This document shows, in pieces, positions 26,133 through 40,400 of a DNA stretch of 64,000 nucleotides (the first letter of the stretch is position 1; each line of letters opens with the position of its first letter). The stretch covers positions 6,386,001 through 6,450,000 of the forward strand of contig OZ210884.1 in NCBI GenBank assembly GCA_964658305.1. The letters run 5' to 3'. The position numbers were made by a program, and so were the translations under genes. This DNA comes from Leptogorgia sarmentosa. Taxonomy: Eukaryota. Below the pieces are notes generated by a model. That model did not search any database. It worked only from the letters and a program-made list of their open reading frames with translations, and had not been told where the DNA came from.

Positions 26133-29100
26133 TTAAGATACGACAGAGCTGCTACTTCGATGATATGGCAATCTCGACTCACTCTGTTGGGTGGACATGG
26201 ATGCATTCAAGTTACTGAAACCAGGATTAGTTCTTTCATTCATCATGACTGGTTTGGGAGGTGAATAAGAGGTACTCTCAGCATACGCTCCAATTGGATA
26301 GGCTGGTTCGCCATGTTTACTAATATCAAGACCTTCAAGAAAATTAGACATAGACAAATTTGAGAATTAAATGAAATTGAATTACTGTCACACTGTGGAT
26401 GGCAGTGGCCTTTTATAGTTTACTGCTTCTACTGTGAGGAGATTTCGATTGGTGAAGACTGTTTTATTTGTAAAGAATTCATCAGAAAAATGTAGTGGAG
26501 ACTCGTACTTGCCAATTTCACATCTCTCAACAGTAGAATTGCGTTGCAAGTTGCAAGAAAGTTGCATCGTGTAGCTAGCCTTAGGAATTAGATTAGAACG
26601 GATTCTAAAAATGTTTTATCGAGCTGAGGGCCTGAGGCCTATATTGTTAAATACATCGTTTATATTACTAATGTGTAAATTCGTTGGTGACAAATAGTGA
26701 ATGGTATTGTATTATAAATATTTTGAATTACCTTTCGCTTCAACTTCCGGTGTCACCTTCAATTTCTTGAAGAATTTCAATGTAAGAAACAGCAGTGATG
26801 AGAATAAAGCTGACCACGCAATGACAACAACACCGCCAAGGATGTTCCAACCAAGCAATTTAAAACTCAGTTTATCTCCAACATAGAGAATTCCACCATT
26901 TTTATTGAGCAAAGGTGCGGAAAGTAGACCCCACATTCCACCACCCAAATGAACTGGAAAAGTAATGAGACAAATCATTAATTAAAATAACCTTTGCTTA
27001 TTAAAATTTTTTATGTATGAAATTTCTTATTTGGTAGGCTAGAGTTTTTCCGCTATCTGTCTAGAGAGTTTTAAGTGGTCTAGAAAACTATTTTTCGCGT
27101 GAGGGTGCTCCCTTAATCTTCCAAACAGCACTTGGTACATCCAAACCCTTCACAGCCCCCCCCCCCCCCTCCCCATTTTTCCCGACAGACGTTTAATAGC
27201 CTGAATCTTATTGTAGTAATACTGTTGAAGTAGTAACAGATGCTGAGCAGAATATTTGCTACGCAGCCAAAAATTATGACTTGTTCAAGGTTGATGAAAA
27301 CAGGATGCAACAATGCTGTGCTGCCCGCATTGTTCATAGTTGACAACAATATTGTTCAGCATTGTTACACCTGATTGCAGGCTGATTCAAACTCAACAAT
27401 GCTGAACAATATTGTTGAAAGCTATGAACAATGTGGACAGCACAAGATTGTTCCAACCTGTTTTTATCAACCTTCAACAAGTCATAAATTCAGTTAGGCG
27501 TGTACATGGTGATGTTGTTATTAGGTACCTTCACATTCGCTACATATTAAAGTAGCTACGTGAAATATTACCTGATGTTGCTGTGACTGGATCATCAACC
27601 TTGATATGAAGAAGTACAATATCCCAGGCAATATAGGTAGCCCCGGCAATAAAACCAACAATGAATGCTGCATAAGGATGCATCTCGTTCCCACCTGCAC
27701 TTATTGACACCTTGAAGATAATACGTATAAATTACGGAAAAGTAGAGGTTGAGGCAGTGGCAACATGTTCTTTGTCTCTACAGAGAACTAAAAAATATCC
27801 ATCATTTTATCCCTTTTACAGATTTTATTATTTTGCTTATTTCCCTAAATATTTTAAGAAAAATAATTACGAGTTGTCCGCATGGTTCGTCATAAGTGGG
27901 ATCGTGCAAGTTTTTTATCGTGCTTGTATTTCAGTGATAAATAAAAAAACACCAAGTTTATCTTTTGTTTCTACGAATTAAATATTGTGAACAACATATC
28001 ATTGCAAATCAAGCTCTCAGAAGTCTATCAATCATTCCCCTAATTATAGCCGATTCCGAATAGCATTGTTTTGCACTTTAGCAAGTAATAGCAGCTTGTT
28101 TTTTCACATAATTATTAAATTCAAGAGCCCCTTACCGCTCCTGTCAATGCACCATTAACCATTGTAAGAACACTGGAATGATGACCATAACAAGCACCCC
28201 ATGTTCTACGGATGAAAAACGCTGTCAATCCACCAGCAGCAGCCGACAATATTGTGTTGATGATAATTAAAGCGATGACATCAGTATCACCACGATGCGT
28301 CACGTGTCCTTGACTTCCTCCAAGCAGAGCAAGGAAGCCAAGTAATAGTACATATCCTCCAAATGCTGCAAGCTTTGTAAACAAAAAAAACTTATATTAT
28401 TAATAAAACTTTTATCAATTTCCCAAAGAGACGAATGGATGTATAGAGCTAATTAATAGGTCAACGTTAACTGTATATTTTTGCAATGAGTCTCGCATCA
28501 TTTTGCAATGACTAATCTCTAGTTCAAACGTCGAACTTTTCATGTGCCGAACCTAATGTTAATGAGCTAAATTCTTTGTTTGAACTCATTTGCATTAGGT
28601 TTGGCACACAAAAAGTTCGACGTCTGAACTGGGCCTAAAACATTCACAGTGCTCATCGCACTACAGATCTGAGACTGTTTGTAAACAGTGCATTTCTTCA
28701 CGGCTACCATGCATGCATGCATTGATATAGTTATGCATACGCGACTTAATAACCGAGGTCATTTCCTACCGGTACAGTGTGTCCACCAATAGGGACTGGT
28801 TTACCACGTTCGAATCTTCCTGATCTTGGTCCAATTACTGCTGATCCCACTAATGCCATCGTTCCTGCAGTCACGTGAATTACACCACTGCCGGCAAAAT
28901 CCTAAAAAAAAGCAAAGTATATAACTTTGAAAAGGCCAGCCAACGAGTCTGTTCTATCTGTTAGTATAACTCAATCTATTTCATCATTTTTTAGAAAATA
29001 CCATTGAACCTAAACTTGAATTTTTCAAAGTTCCTGATACCTTCCATACACTCCAGTAGGGACAAAAAGCATCACTAATATGCGAGACGTTCGGCAAAAA

Positions 29101-31612
29101 AGACACGCAAAAACTCAAATAAGCAGGAGTATATTATATATTAAAAACATTTAGCATCACTTGTAAAAATATTGCCTTTTGTCATAAAGTGCTCTGCTCG
29201 TGAGTAAAGCAGGATATTGTATGGGAAATCTTTGGTTGTGAGTAGCGGGCCTCTATAAGTACATTTATTAGAAATATTGCTATCATAATTAGTATGTAAA
29301 TTAATAATGTGTGAAATTTGGATGACGATAATATTTCCATTTTCTAATATTTCTTCCTCAAGCTTTGCAGTTACTTTTAATTTTGGCACGCTTTTCCAAC
29401 GGCAGCGTTGTAGTTTCAAATAAAAAATAAGATATAGTTATACATAGTTATACTGTACTTGAAACGAGACGCCTTCTCCAAGAGACTCAGTGTCTCCTTT
29501 TCTTAACCAGCCGTCTTCATGCCAACACCAATGAGAAATAACAGGGTATATAAAACCTTAATTAACGAAAATAGAAATTGAAACCCGTTTTCCACTTTTT
29601 CAAGAAAGCAAAAAGCAAATGTGATTGGCTGGTGATGACGTCAGTCTTTGTTGCTAGCCAATCGACTCGTTTTTTTCTCTGTTTGTGCGAAAAAATTCGC
29701 TTAACCCAAGGTACCACTCCACTCATTAACAGTAGCGTCGCCCACTTATCGAGGCTGGTGACGCCACTGCACGCTCATTAACGCTTTAAACAGTGTCTTT
29801 GGTTATGTTGGTGTGTACTGGTTAGCAAAGCGTGTGAGATATGTTTACCTGACATGAGAAGAGTAAACAATGTGTAAACAGTAAAGTTTGTTCTTTCAGC
29901 AAGAGCTCCACTCACAATCGAACATGTTAAAGCTGTGAGTGTAAAGTGAAAGAACCAGTGAATGTAGACATTGCTGGACTCAGGAAGATCAGATAACGCG
30001 AAATTACTGTAACTAAGAAAGAGATTGCTCTTGTCTCCCCAAGCAAAGGCGTAGCCAAACAACCAGTACATCAGCGCACACGAAACTAAAAAGTGAAAAG
30101 TACTCAATAAAAATGCACTTCAGTTGGATAAACTCGAGCTCCTTTATCAATTCATAATATTGTGACAGACATGGACACTAAACATTGGATGCATTCAAGT
30201 GTAATACAAGCGAAGTATTGGCATATTAATTTTATAATGAACTCCGATAACTTGTATTTATTAATTATTTATTATGATAATGCTCCTGTCAATATATATA
30301 TGTAACTACATAGTTTATAATTTCTACGTTCTTGTAACTTGTCATTAAAATGGCCATTTTCATTTAGGGGTTGTCAATTTAGGCCCCCTCCCCTAGATAA
30401 TAAAGTGTTGACATTTAGGACCACGATCGCATTTGAAGAACTGCGCATTGAGGCTATATTGAGGTGAGGGGGGAGTATAGAAATGATTCTCAAGGGCTTC
30501 AAAATCACAATTCCCTCCTGTCCAGAGATTTTGAAGCCACTCGTAAGATCTTGTCAAACTGAAAGCCGTTTGTCCATGTGAAAAATAGTCATTGGTATAG
30601 TACAATAAATACAGCTACGTTTGATTAAATATTTGTCCTACCGTGGTGCACTTACAAAGAATAATCATTTTTTTGATGATGATATCCGTTGTGTTCTTCA
30701 ATCTTGCTGCACCAGCCTCCAGGAAAGCCAAACCCGCTTGCATAACTACAAAGACAAATTGATAGTTTAGTCGTGTTTTTGGAGTGAAAAAATAACTCCG
30801 CTGAGTTCGCTCTTGAGATGTTTCGACTTGAAACAGCCAAACAGGTTAGAGCCTACCACCTTGGATTAATCAGGATATGCCTTGAGAAGGTTGCTATTAC
30901 ACCCTGTTTCATCCGACAGGATTCGTCAGGTCATTCCAGCGGACAATGAATGACAATGAAGTGCCTATGATTATCGTAATTTTATAACAAGTATAACCTT
31001 TTTCAAAAAATAGCGAGATATACCGTATTGAAACAGAATTCAATGTTTCGGGCGAATTAATATATGGCTATAAGACACTTAATTAGCACAGGAAATCTAT
31101 TGCACGAAAATAATCCTGATTGCTGTTTTCACAAGTTCATGTAAGATTTAGCAAGGCGAAAAAATTAATCCATGCAACCTCGCATTCATGCATCGTTTTG
31201 TCAGAATTGAGAGCTGTATATGCTATAACATTTATCCTATAATATTTATATATGTGTAACAGTACACAATATTACGCTTAATTATTTAGTCCAACATAAT
31301 TTCTCCAAGTTTACTTTGCGAGTTGTCAATGTTATGGCAGATATATACTTTCAAGCACAGGTGTATTCTATACATACAATATCATACCGTATAGGTACGG
31401 TAGCGGAACTTTTGAGTAGAACTTTTCCTGCTCGTTAATTTATTACTGCCATAAATGTATAGTTGAAGCATTTGAAAATATTATTTATAAGTGAAACAAT
31501 AGCCAATAGAAATAAATGAAATAAAAGAATACTTACAAAATATAATGAACGAGATTACCAACAAAAAGAAATTGTCCACAGCTTTTGCATTTGGATTCTG
31601 CGGCACTGCCAT
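26133..31612 (-). CDS. amt: Ammonium transporter (Amt family), 9 exons
   Basis: Exons 31612-31537, 30745-30656 ([18 protein letters not shown]), ~30085-29849 ([11 protein letters not shown]...IVSGALAER), ~29556-29459 (YPVISHWCW), ~28901-28770 ([13 protein letters not shown]...IGPRSGRF), ~28372-28136, ~27710-27572 (VDDPV), ~26954-26731 (VHLGGGMWG), ~26332-26133 ([12 protein letters not shown]). Confidence 0.93.
27260..27504. mobile_element. Palindromic MITE in an Amt intron
   Basis: Arms ttatgacttgtt...aaggttgat...aaaacagg...caacaatattgttcagcattgtt mirrored by aacaatgctgaacaatattgttg...cctgtttttatcaacctt...aacaagtcataa. Confidence 0.7.
28521..28630. mobile_element. Short palindromic MITE
   Basis: agttcaaacgtcgaactttt...gtgccgaacctaatg / cattaggtttggcac...aaaagttcgacgtctgaact. 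Confidence 0.7.
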
Positions 31613-32529
31613 TGTTGAACAATCTCTGTAAATGCTTTAGAGCGTCGTCTTTTAAAAAACAATATTCACAAACTACGAATGGATGTAGTTTTTCAATAAC
31701 ATTCACCCTGTTCTTCTTCCTGATACTTCTTTTTTAACTTTAAATTCTTTAAACGAATTTAAATTTTGATATATTTAGATCAAAATTAAAATGACATGAA
31801 AGTAACAGTAATATATCTATATATGAAAATTAAGACAAAGCTGAAAGTATATTAGTTATATGCATTTATAATTTGTTGCCACAGACAACCAATGTTAAAT
31901 GTATTAATTTGAATAAAAAACAGGTAGAACTGCATGTTGACATTTTCAGCCCAAACATGCTTGCCCCCGTTTCGAAACATCTCTATATGGCATTGTGAAT
32001 TTTTACATTCAAACTGTGTAGCAAAAGACGAAAACTAAAATGTGACTCAATATAATTTTATGTATACTTTTTTATGTTCCTAATCACATTGAAACATAAG
32101 TGACCGACAAGCAATTTTAAACTATGCATGTTCGGAAATTCAATTATGCAATATCGAGAGGCACCTGCGTAGATCGACGTACGTTAAAAGAATGATTACA
32201 GCAGTGGAACAGAAAACCATTTGCACGCCTAATTTTGGCCACGCTTTGTATAACTTTGTATAAACATATATCTTCTGTCTAATATATCTTCAGTGACAGC
32301 AAATTACTTTTCTGCCCCCTATTTTGTCCCCTCTTGATTTTCATTTAGAAAATCTGCTCAGTGAAAATTGTCAGTTGCTAAGAGCAACTGAAGTTGCTAA
32401 GAACTTTCTGGTTGGACCAAGTTGGATAGAATTTATTTGTAATTATATAATATGTGTCCCAATTCCCAAAAAAGTCCCCTCTATAGAAATCATTCATTTG
32501 TTGTTAATCTCGGGTTATTGCACCTCTGG

Positions 32530-32639
32530 AAATTTAAATTAGATTTTGACGAACAGCAACACAAACGCGTGCTGTAATAAATACTTCTGTCGTTCATGAA
32601 CCATTCAATTATTCTCAAAGGCATTTGGGACACCCTGTA
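32530..32639 (-). mobile_element. Tc1/mariner-like terminal remnant; opposite-orientation copy ~19733-19829
   Basis: Ends gggacaccctgta (reverse complement TACAGGGTGTCCC); adjacent ~95 bp are the reverse complement of 19733-19829. Confidence 0.45.
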
Positions 32640-34446
32640 TAGCGACTTCGTTACATGGATGTAAAAATTTATTTCAAAAAGTGCTTGTTCACATTGTTCA
32701 CTAAATACTGTATCGACGTTTTATTATGTTTGTATTAAATAATAAAAATCGCGGCAGAAGGAACGATTTCTTAGCGTCGTATAATATATTTACTAATGGC
32801 ATGGGTTAAAACAGTGCTTTTCAAAATTCTATCCTGCCTCACCCAAAAATATGAGTTTGCTCTTTTAAGCCCCCACCTCCACCTCCAAATTGTAAGACTA
32901 ATTGGCACCGCCACTGTATATCTCGCGGTATATATATCTTATCCCCAAAACGAGATACCTGTCATCGGTTGGTATATATTTATAACTGAGATGGGCAGAT
33001 GGCTGCTGCATTTCTGATAATATCTGAATTCAGCAAAACCATTATTTACAATGTACATTGATTTGACATGAAATATTATATCTCGATTTCAAACAGTCGA
33101 AAGTGAAGCTAGAGCGACATGAATCGTGACATTTGTTAGCCCTTCAAGTCATTATCATCACATCAATAATTTCTTCAGAAATTGTTGTCATGTTCTTTGA
33201 ACATAGAAATATTTACATAGCATAACAAAATTATAGCGGTGACTGCGCCATTGACGATGTCTACAGCGTGTCACAAAAAAATTCACTCCGTAACGTTTGA
33301 AAATTGTAATATAATCATTGTTCATTTAGATTTTTTCACTGAAAATAAAATGTTTCAAGGATATTTTGTTAAGTCGACTAGCATTGCTTTTATTGCCGCT
33401 TTAGGTAATATTTCTCGGAGGTCCCTCTGGGTATCATAAATGGTAGACAGCACGAAAATGAGACACGTGCAGTGACGTAACGCAATCTGCAGCGACCCCC
33501 AGTCAAACAGTCACTTCTGGGGCCACTCCCCCTAGTCAATAAATAGTAGGCTGTATTTTTTTCGACAGACGACGGAGACTACAATACCTTTTACATTTTA
33601 CCGGGGCCAAAAGTGACATCCTTCTGCTACGCCATTGCATGGAGACGTTCAGAGTCCCACGAATTTGAATTTTCAAAATTATATACTGTATGTAGTATTT
33701 TTAGGCACTTATTTTCGGCCGATGTATGAGCAACGTTCGTAGAGTCGGAATGGTGGTTTAAATGAAGGTTATTTACTATATTTATATTTCGGATACTGCT
33801 CAAATATCGAGAAAGCATTCGAAATGCATTTTGGTCTATTTTTATCGAATACTACGTCTTAGGAATCACCGTTACAAATGAAATAGAGGCACATACTGAG
33901 TTTTACATACATCTTCATGCAGAGTTTCACACACTAATCTCGACGAAGCTAGGGCGTTGAATTATTTTTGCTGCTTTCTGAATATAGCGAGAACATATTC
34001 AGCGTTAGATCCCGTATTTTTTTAAATCTATAACCATATCAAACGTACTCATTACCAACATGAATTAAATCATTACCAACATTTGCCGTAAATAGCCTGC
34101 AGATTTAATTGTAAAATGTTATCTATGATACCGACGCTCAATACAGACGGCTCATGGCTTGATGAAATAAGTTAAACAGTGCAGTATTTATACAGCACGC
34201 AAGAAGCTAATCGTCCGAAGAAATTCGTATTAATTTTGAAACAAAGTAAATATCACTTAATCCATATAGCCTTGTTGCCTGGAGACGACTGTTACAGTTG
34301 TTATGGGAACGCTGAGGATCTTAACATGTTGGTATAAATTTGTTTGAGGTAGTTCACTAATTCTGACACCAAATACAAGTGTTTTCCGAAAATGTCGAGA
34401 TATTACCGAGATTGGGGTTAGCACAAAGATTTGATTTCCGTATAGT

Positions 34447-37400
34447 ATGTTCCGGGTAGGTATGCTAAGATGCCAAGGTACGGGCACGCTTCGTATCATG
34501 ATGCTGGCGAGTTTAACCATTTCCCTGCTGTTAAGTATAAATACAATCAATTGTATCGCATCTCAGAATAGCAGTAGAAGCAAAACCACTGAAGATGTTG
34601 GCAGTAGTACAACAAGGAATGGAAATGAAGGTAGGATTATTATTTTAATACTCTTTAATCGCTGAATCAAGTCGATATGTTGACTTATTGATCTTGTGCT
34701 TCGGTTTGTTAATGTCTACGTTGCTAGATGCTGGATGTTTATAGAAAATTGAAACGCGTTTTGACAAACGAGTTCGACTGTCAACTTCACTTCTTTCACA
34801 ATTTTTCATTTCTCTTCCGCGATGTATATATAAAATGAAGTCGTCGGGTTTATTGCAAAATACAGCTTGCAGCCGGTTCATTCGTGGCAAAGGATTTCCG
34901 CATGTTAGCTACTGCATATTTGATAAGGGTATCGTTTAATATTGCACAATTATATATCGCCTATATAGTCAGTATAAATCGAAAGAAGTAATATTATTCA
35001 GTATAAAGTACTGGACTCACGGAAATAAAATGTTCGATCACTACATTCTACTCACGAGACGATGTTAGACGAATGATATTGAATCCAAAGTTTCGGTTCG
35101 TTAATCAGAACGGCCTATATATATATATATATGAAATATTTTTGTAATTTGATACATGTATCTAGAAATATTACATGCTTGGATATGTCGATAACTAAAA
35201 TAGTGGACAAAATCAGCAAAATGCGTACTGTGTACAATGTATATTGTATATAGTAAATAGCATATCAAATAAATGAGTAATTCCTGACCAATATTTTCCA
35301 AATCGCACAACTATAAAATCAAATGCATATACAGTGTAGTATTTTAAAGAAAGTAAAAGTATACATTCAGAAAGAATAAATCGAAGTGCATTTACTGTTA
35401 ATATAAGTATTAATGATATAAACTTGTCTACTGGAAGGGTTTGAGGAAAGAAAGATGGGTTTACTAAATTTATAAAGTAACGATTGCGAGTAAATTGTGC
35501 AATCTTTTGAGAGTTTTCGAAATATCGTATGTCATGAGAAATCTGTGCAGAAAGATGACGGGAAAATACGTATAGAAACATTTTCCATTCTCAAAGACTC
35601 TAATGCAGAAAGATTACTTGGAAGAAGAAGAATGATGAGGAAAAATTTCGGCATTTTTCATATTATAATTATGTTTTTGACACTTTCATTCTAAATATGT
35701 CATGGGTATAATGAAAGAACACGTTTGTTATTCAAGCTTGTCAAGTTCACACACTGGATGTGCGAAAATGCACACAAGTTCCTCGTGAAGTTGATAAATT
35801 TCAGAGTTTTAAGTGATGAATTTATCCGTAGCAGAACTCATTCACGTAATTGTCTCAAATATTAAATTCAAAGTATAAGTGAACTCTTACTTCTATGTTG
35901 CGAGCTTTTTCCGAAAACGTCGTTTCCCGAAGCCCTTCTATTTACAAATCGTGCCGCGTGTTCTTTGTCTTTGGCTAGTATACTACTCATTGAACTAAAA
36001 GTCACAGTGACCGAGGTAATTTAGTAATGATCATATTTAGTAGACCAGTTGAAATTCGGAAACTGAGAATAAACTATATGAGGAATTTGGTAGTTTGTTA
36101 ATTTGTTAGTGCCATTACCTTTTCGTGTTTTCAGGTCATCTGACAGCAGAATAGATTTACTTTTGAAGTACATTAAAAAAGCCCAATGAAATCACTGACC
36201 ACTTCCATGCACTTAGCAATGTTCACCATGCATGCACGCAATATCATAGTGGTAATACATATAAAGGGAAATTGTTTAAAAACAGCAAAATGAATTTCTA
36301 TTCGGTAGCTCCTGTCTTTTTACTAACGGTCAGATCAGCTAGATATTGTCAATATCGACACCTTCAATGGAGGTTTGATATGTTAAGATTAGCATAACCC
36401 AATTAGTCGACTCAAGATACACTAGAATTACTTGCTTTGTTTGCACGTGCCCATAGCTAGCAATTTTCTTAATTTGTTCAGCTGTTCATATAACTTATAA
36501 TTATATATAAATTCAATTATACGTAATAAATTTATGAGACAATAGTCATACGTACTTTGTAGATACACAACGTATGATTATTATTGCAAAACATTCGATA
36601 CGTAAGCATGTGTCTTGAACAGTGCTACTAGTAATATCATTAGCTATATCTTTAGCTATAACCACATTATTAGCTATATCTGGTTAACTTATTCAACTTT
36701 TCAGAATATTCTCTCTGTCTATATGCGTAATATTGATGCCGCATTTAAGTTTACTGTGTATGCAGTCCGTGTCTATTTCTCTTTTCTAATTGCTGTTAAT
36801 CACTGGTCATTTTGTTTAGGAATACGTTCGACAATTGCTCCCCAGTTCAGTGGAACAAGTTTTTTACCGTCAATCTCACAGCAGACCTCGAAAAGGATTT
36901 CTTTAGTGAAAAATCAAAGTGTTTCTCTAAATTTTATCACACACAGCAAGTCGATAAGCACTGCATTACAGGAAACCACGTCTACCAGGCCTATTGAACA
37001 TACTACAATAATAATATCCTCGATTAATGGGGTGATATCATCGGATGCTATAAACACAATTTTACGCACAGCATCTTCAGTGAGCTCAACATTTAACACA
37101 CCACTGAGAACACCATCAATGACTGACAACAGTTCTACAACATCCACAGTACATAGTGCATCTATGGCGAGCTATTTGACATCGACAAATAACGCGTCGA
37201 CAAACAAGAGAGTATCCAGTATATCGCGTCTAACACAGTTGACTACGAAAGACATTTCAAGCTCCCAAAACCACAGAGGAAGTGAAAGTACATCGGCACT
37301 ATTTTCAAGAGAAAATTCAAATGTTACTGCAACACTAATGCCGATACCCCAAATTTCAAAATCGTCCACAGTGATAGCCTTTACATCATCGAGTTACAGC

Positions 37401-40400
37401 AATACCACCACAAATAGCACAGCACATAATACATCGTTTCAAACGCCATCAGTTACAAAAACAGTTTATCTAAACCACACTGAAACTGAGAGCATCGCAG
37501 TATCGAATGTATCTATAGCAACATCTGCTGCTTCACTACACAGCCTTGCAAACTTTACTGCAACACCCGCTAGTAACAATATGTTGACAAATAAAACGTC
37601 ACATAATTCATCGTTCCCAACGCCATCGATTACAAAACCAATTTCAAGCTATGTAAGCCACACTGGAACTGAGAGCATGGCGACAACTTTTTTGAGAACG
37701 ATGACTGGAGACACATCATTAGGAAACTTAAACGTCACTGCAACATCAATTGCAGTATCCAATACACCTGCCTCATCTCTCAGTCTCAGAATGGTTGCAT
37801 CGTCTGCAACAACCATTGCGGTATCAAATTCAAGTGTAATGTCATCCAAAACATTGGCAGCATATAACAGAAGCATCGCTGTATCGATTGTATCTATGGC
37901 AACATCACCAATGACTACTCCACTGCCTATTCGTCCAAGCTTTACTGCAACACCTGCTGGTAACAAGTCTATTACATCCACAACACTTCTCAGAACTATG
38001 GCAAGTTATCCAAGTAACATCTCTGGAACACCAACCAGTAACTTGTGGAGAAATAGAACATTATATAATACATCGCTGCCAACACCATCAGTTACGAAAC
38101 CAATTTCAAGTTATCTGAACCAAACTGAAACTGAAAGTGTAGCGGCAACAGTTTCGACAACAGTAACTGGTATCGCATCATCAAGAAACTTACACGTCAC
38201 TACAACAACAATAGCAGTATCCAATACATCTGTCGTCTCTTCTCTCAATCTCAGAATGACTGCTGTGGTATCATCTACAACAAGCATAATGGTGTCAAAT
38301 TCAAGTGTGATGTCATCGAAAATATTGACATTACATAATATCAGCGCTAGCATTGTAGTACCAAATGTTTCTATGACAACAACACCAGTGTCTACTCCAG
38401 TGCATAGTCTGCCAAGCTTTACTGCAACACCAGCTAGTGCTAGTAACAAGTCTATAACATCCCAAACTATGGCAAGTTATTCAAATAACATACTTGCAAC
38501 ACCAACTAGTAATATGTGGACAAATAGGACAGCACATAATACATCGTTAACAACACAATCGACATTTTTGAGATCAACAACATTTTTGAGAACAATAATT
38601 GGTACTGCGCAATTAGGGAACAAAAACGCCACTGCAACACCAATTGCAGTATCCAATACATCTCTTAGTCTCAGAATGACTGCTACAGCATCATCTAGTA
38701 CAACAACTATGACGGTATCAAATTCAAGTATGATGTTATTGAAAACAACGGCAGTATATAACAGCAGCATCGCAGCATCGAATGTATCTGTGACAACACC
38801 ACTAATGACTGCTTTACTGCACACCCTTGGAACAAAATCAATTTCAAGTTATCTAAACCAAACTGAAACTCAAAGCGTGGCGACAACAGGTTTGAGAACA
38901 ATAACTGGTACCAAATCATTGGGATTTGCAGTATTCAATACATCTGTCGTCTCATCGCCCAGTCTCAGAATGACTGCTATAGTACCATCTACAAGTTTTT
39001 CAAATTATAACATCTCTGCAACACCAACTAGTAATATGTGGACAAATAGGACAGCAAATAATACATCGTTGCTAATAGCATCGGTCACGAAACCAGTTTC
39101 AAGTTATCTAAACCAAACTGGAATTAAAAGTGTAGCGGCAACAGTTTCGACAACAGTAACTGGTATCGCATCATCAAGAAACTTAAACGTCACTGCAACA
39201 ACAATTGCAGTATCCAATACATCTGTCGTCTCATCTTTCAGTCTTAGAATGACTGCTACAGCATCATCGACAACAACCATGTCGGTATCAAATTCAAGTG
39301 TGATGTTATCGAAAACATTGACGGCATATAACACAAGCATTGCAATATCCAATGTACCTATGACAACACCGTCAATGACTACTCCCCTGCACACTCTTTC
39401 AAACGTTACTGCAACACCTGCTGTTGACAACTCTATCACATCTAAAACTATGGCAAGTTATTCAAGTAACATCTCTGCAACACCAAGTAATAAGTTATGG
39501 ACAAATAGCACAGCACATAATAATACATCGTTGCTTACACCATCGGTAGCAAAACCAATTTCAAGTTATGTGAACCACACTGGAACTGAAAGTATTGCGA
39601 CAAGATTTTTAAGAACAAGGATTGGTACTACATCATTAGGAAACGTAAATGCCACCGCAACACCAACAACAGTATCAATTACTTTTGTCTCATCGCTCAG
39701 TCTCAACATGACTGCTACAGCATCATCTCCAACAACCATGACTGTATCAAATTCAAGTGTGATGTCATCCAAAACAATGGCAGTGTATAACAGCAGCATC
39801 GTAGTATCGAATGTACCTATGACAACACCACCAATGACTGCTTCACTGCATACCCTTGGAAACTTTACTGCAACACCAGCTGGTAACAAGTCTATCATAT
39901 CCGAAACTATGGCAAGTTATTCGAGTAACATCTCTGCAACACCAACGAGTAAATTGTGGCCAAACAGAACATCACATAATACATCGTTGCCAACACCATC
40001 GGTAACGAAATCAATTTCAAGTTATCTAAACCAAACTGAAATTGAAAGCGTGGCGACAACAGTTTTGAGCACAATGACTGGTACCAAATCATTGGGATAC
40101 TCAAAGGTCCCCTTAACGCCAATTTCAGTATCCAATACATCTGTCTCATCTCCCAGTCTGAGAATAACGGCAATAGAATCATCTCCAACAACCATGACGG
40201 TATCAAATTTAAGTGTGATGTCATCAAAAACATTGACAACATATAACACAAGCATCGCAGTATCCAATGTATCTACGACAAGACCAACAGTGGCTACTCC
40301 ACTACACACTCTCCCAAGCTTCACAGCAACACCAGCTGATAACAAGTCCATCACATCGACAGCACTTCTCAGAATAATGACAAGTTATGTAAGCAACATC

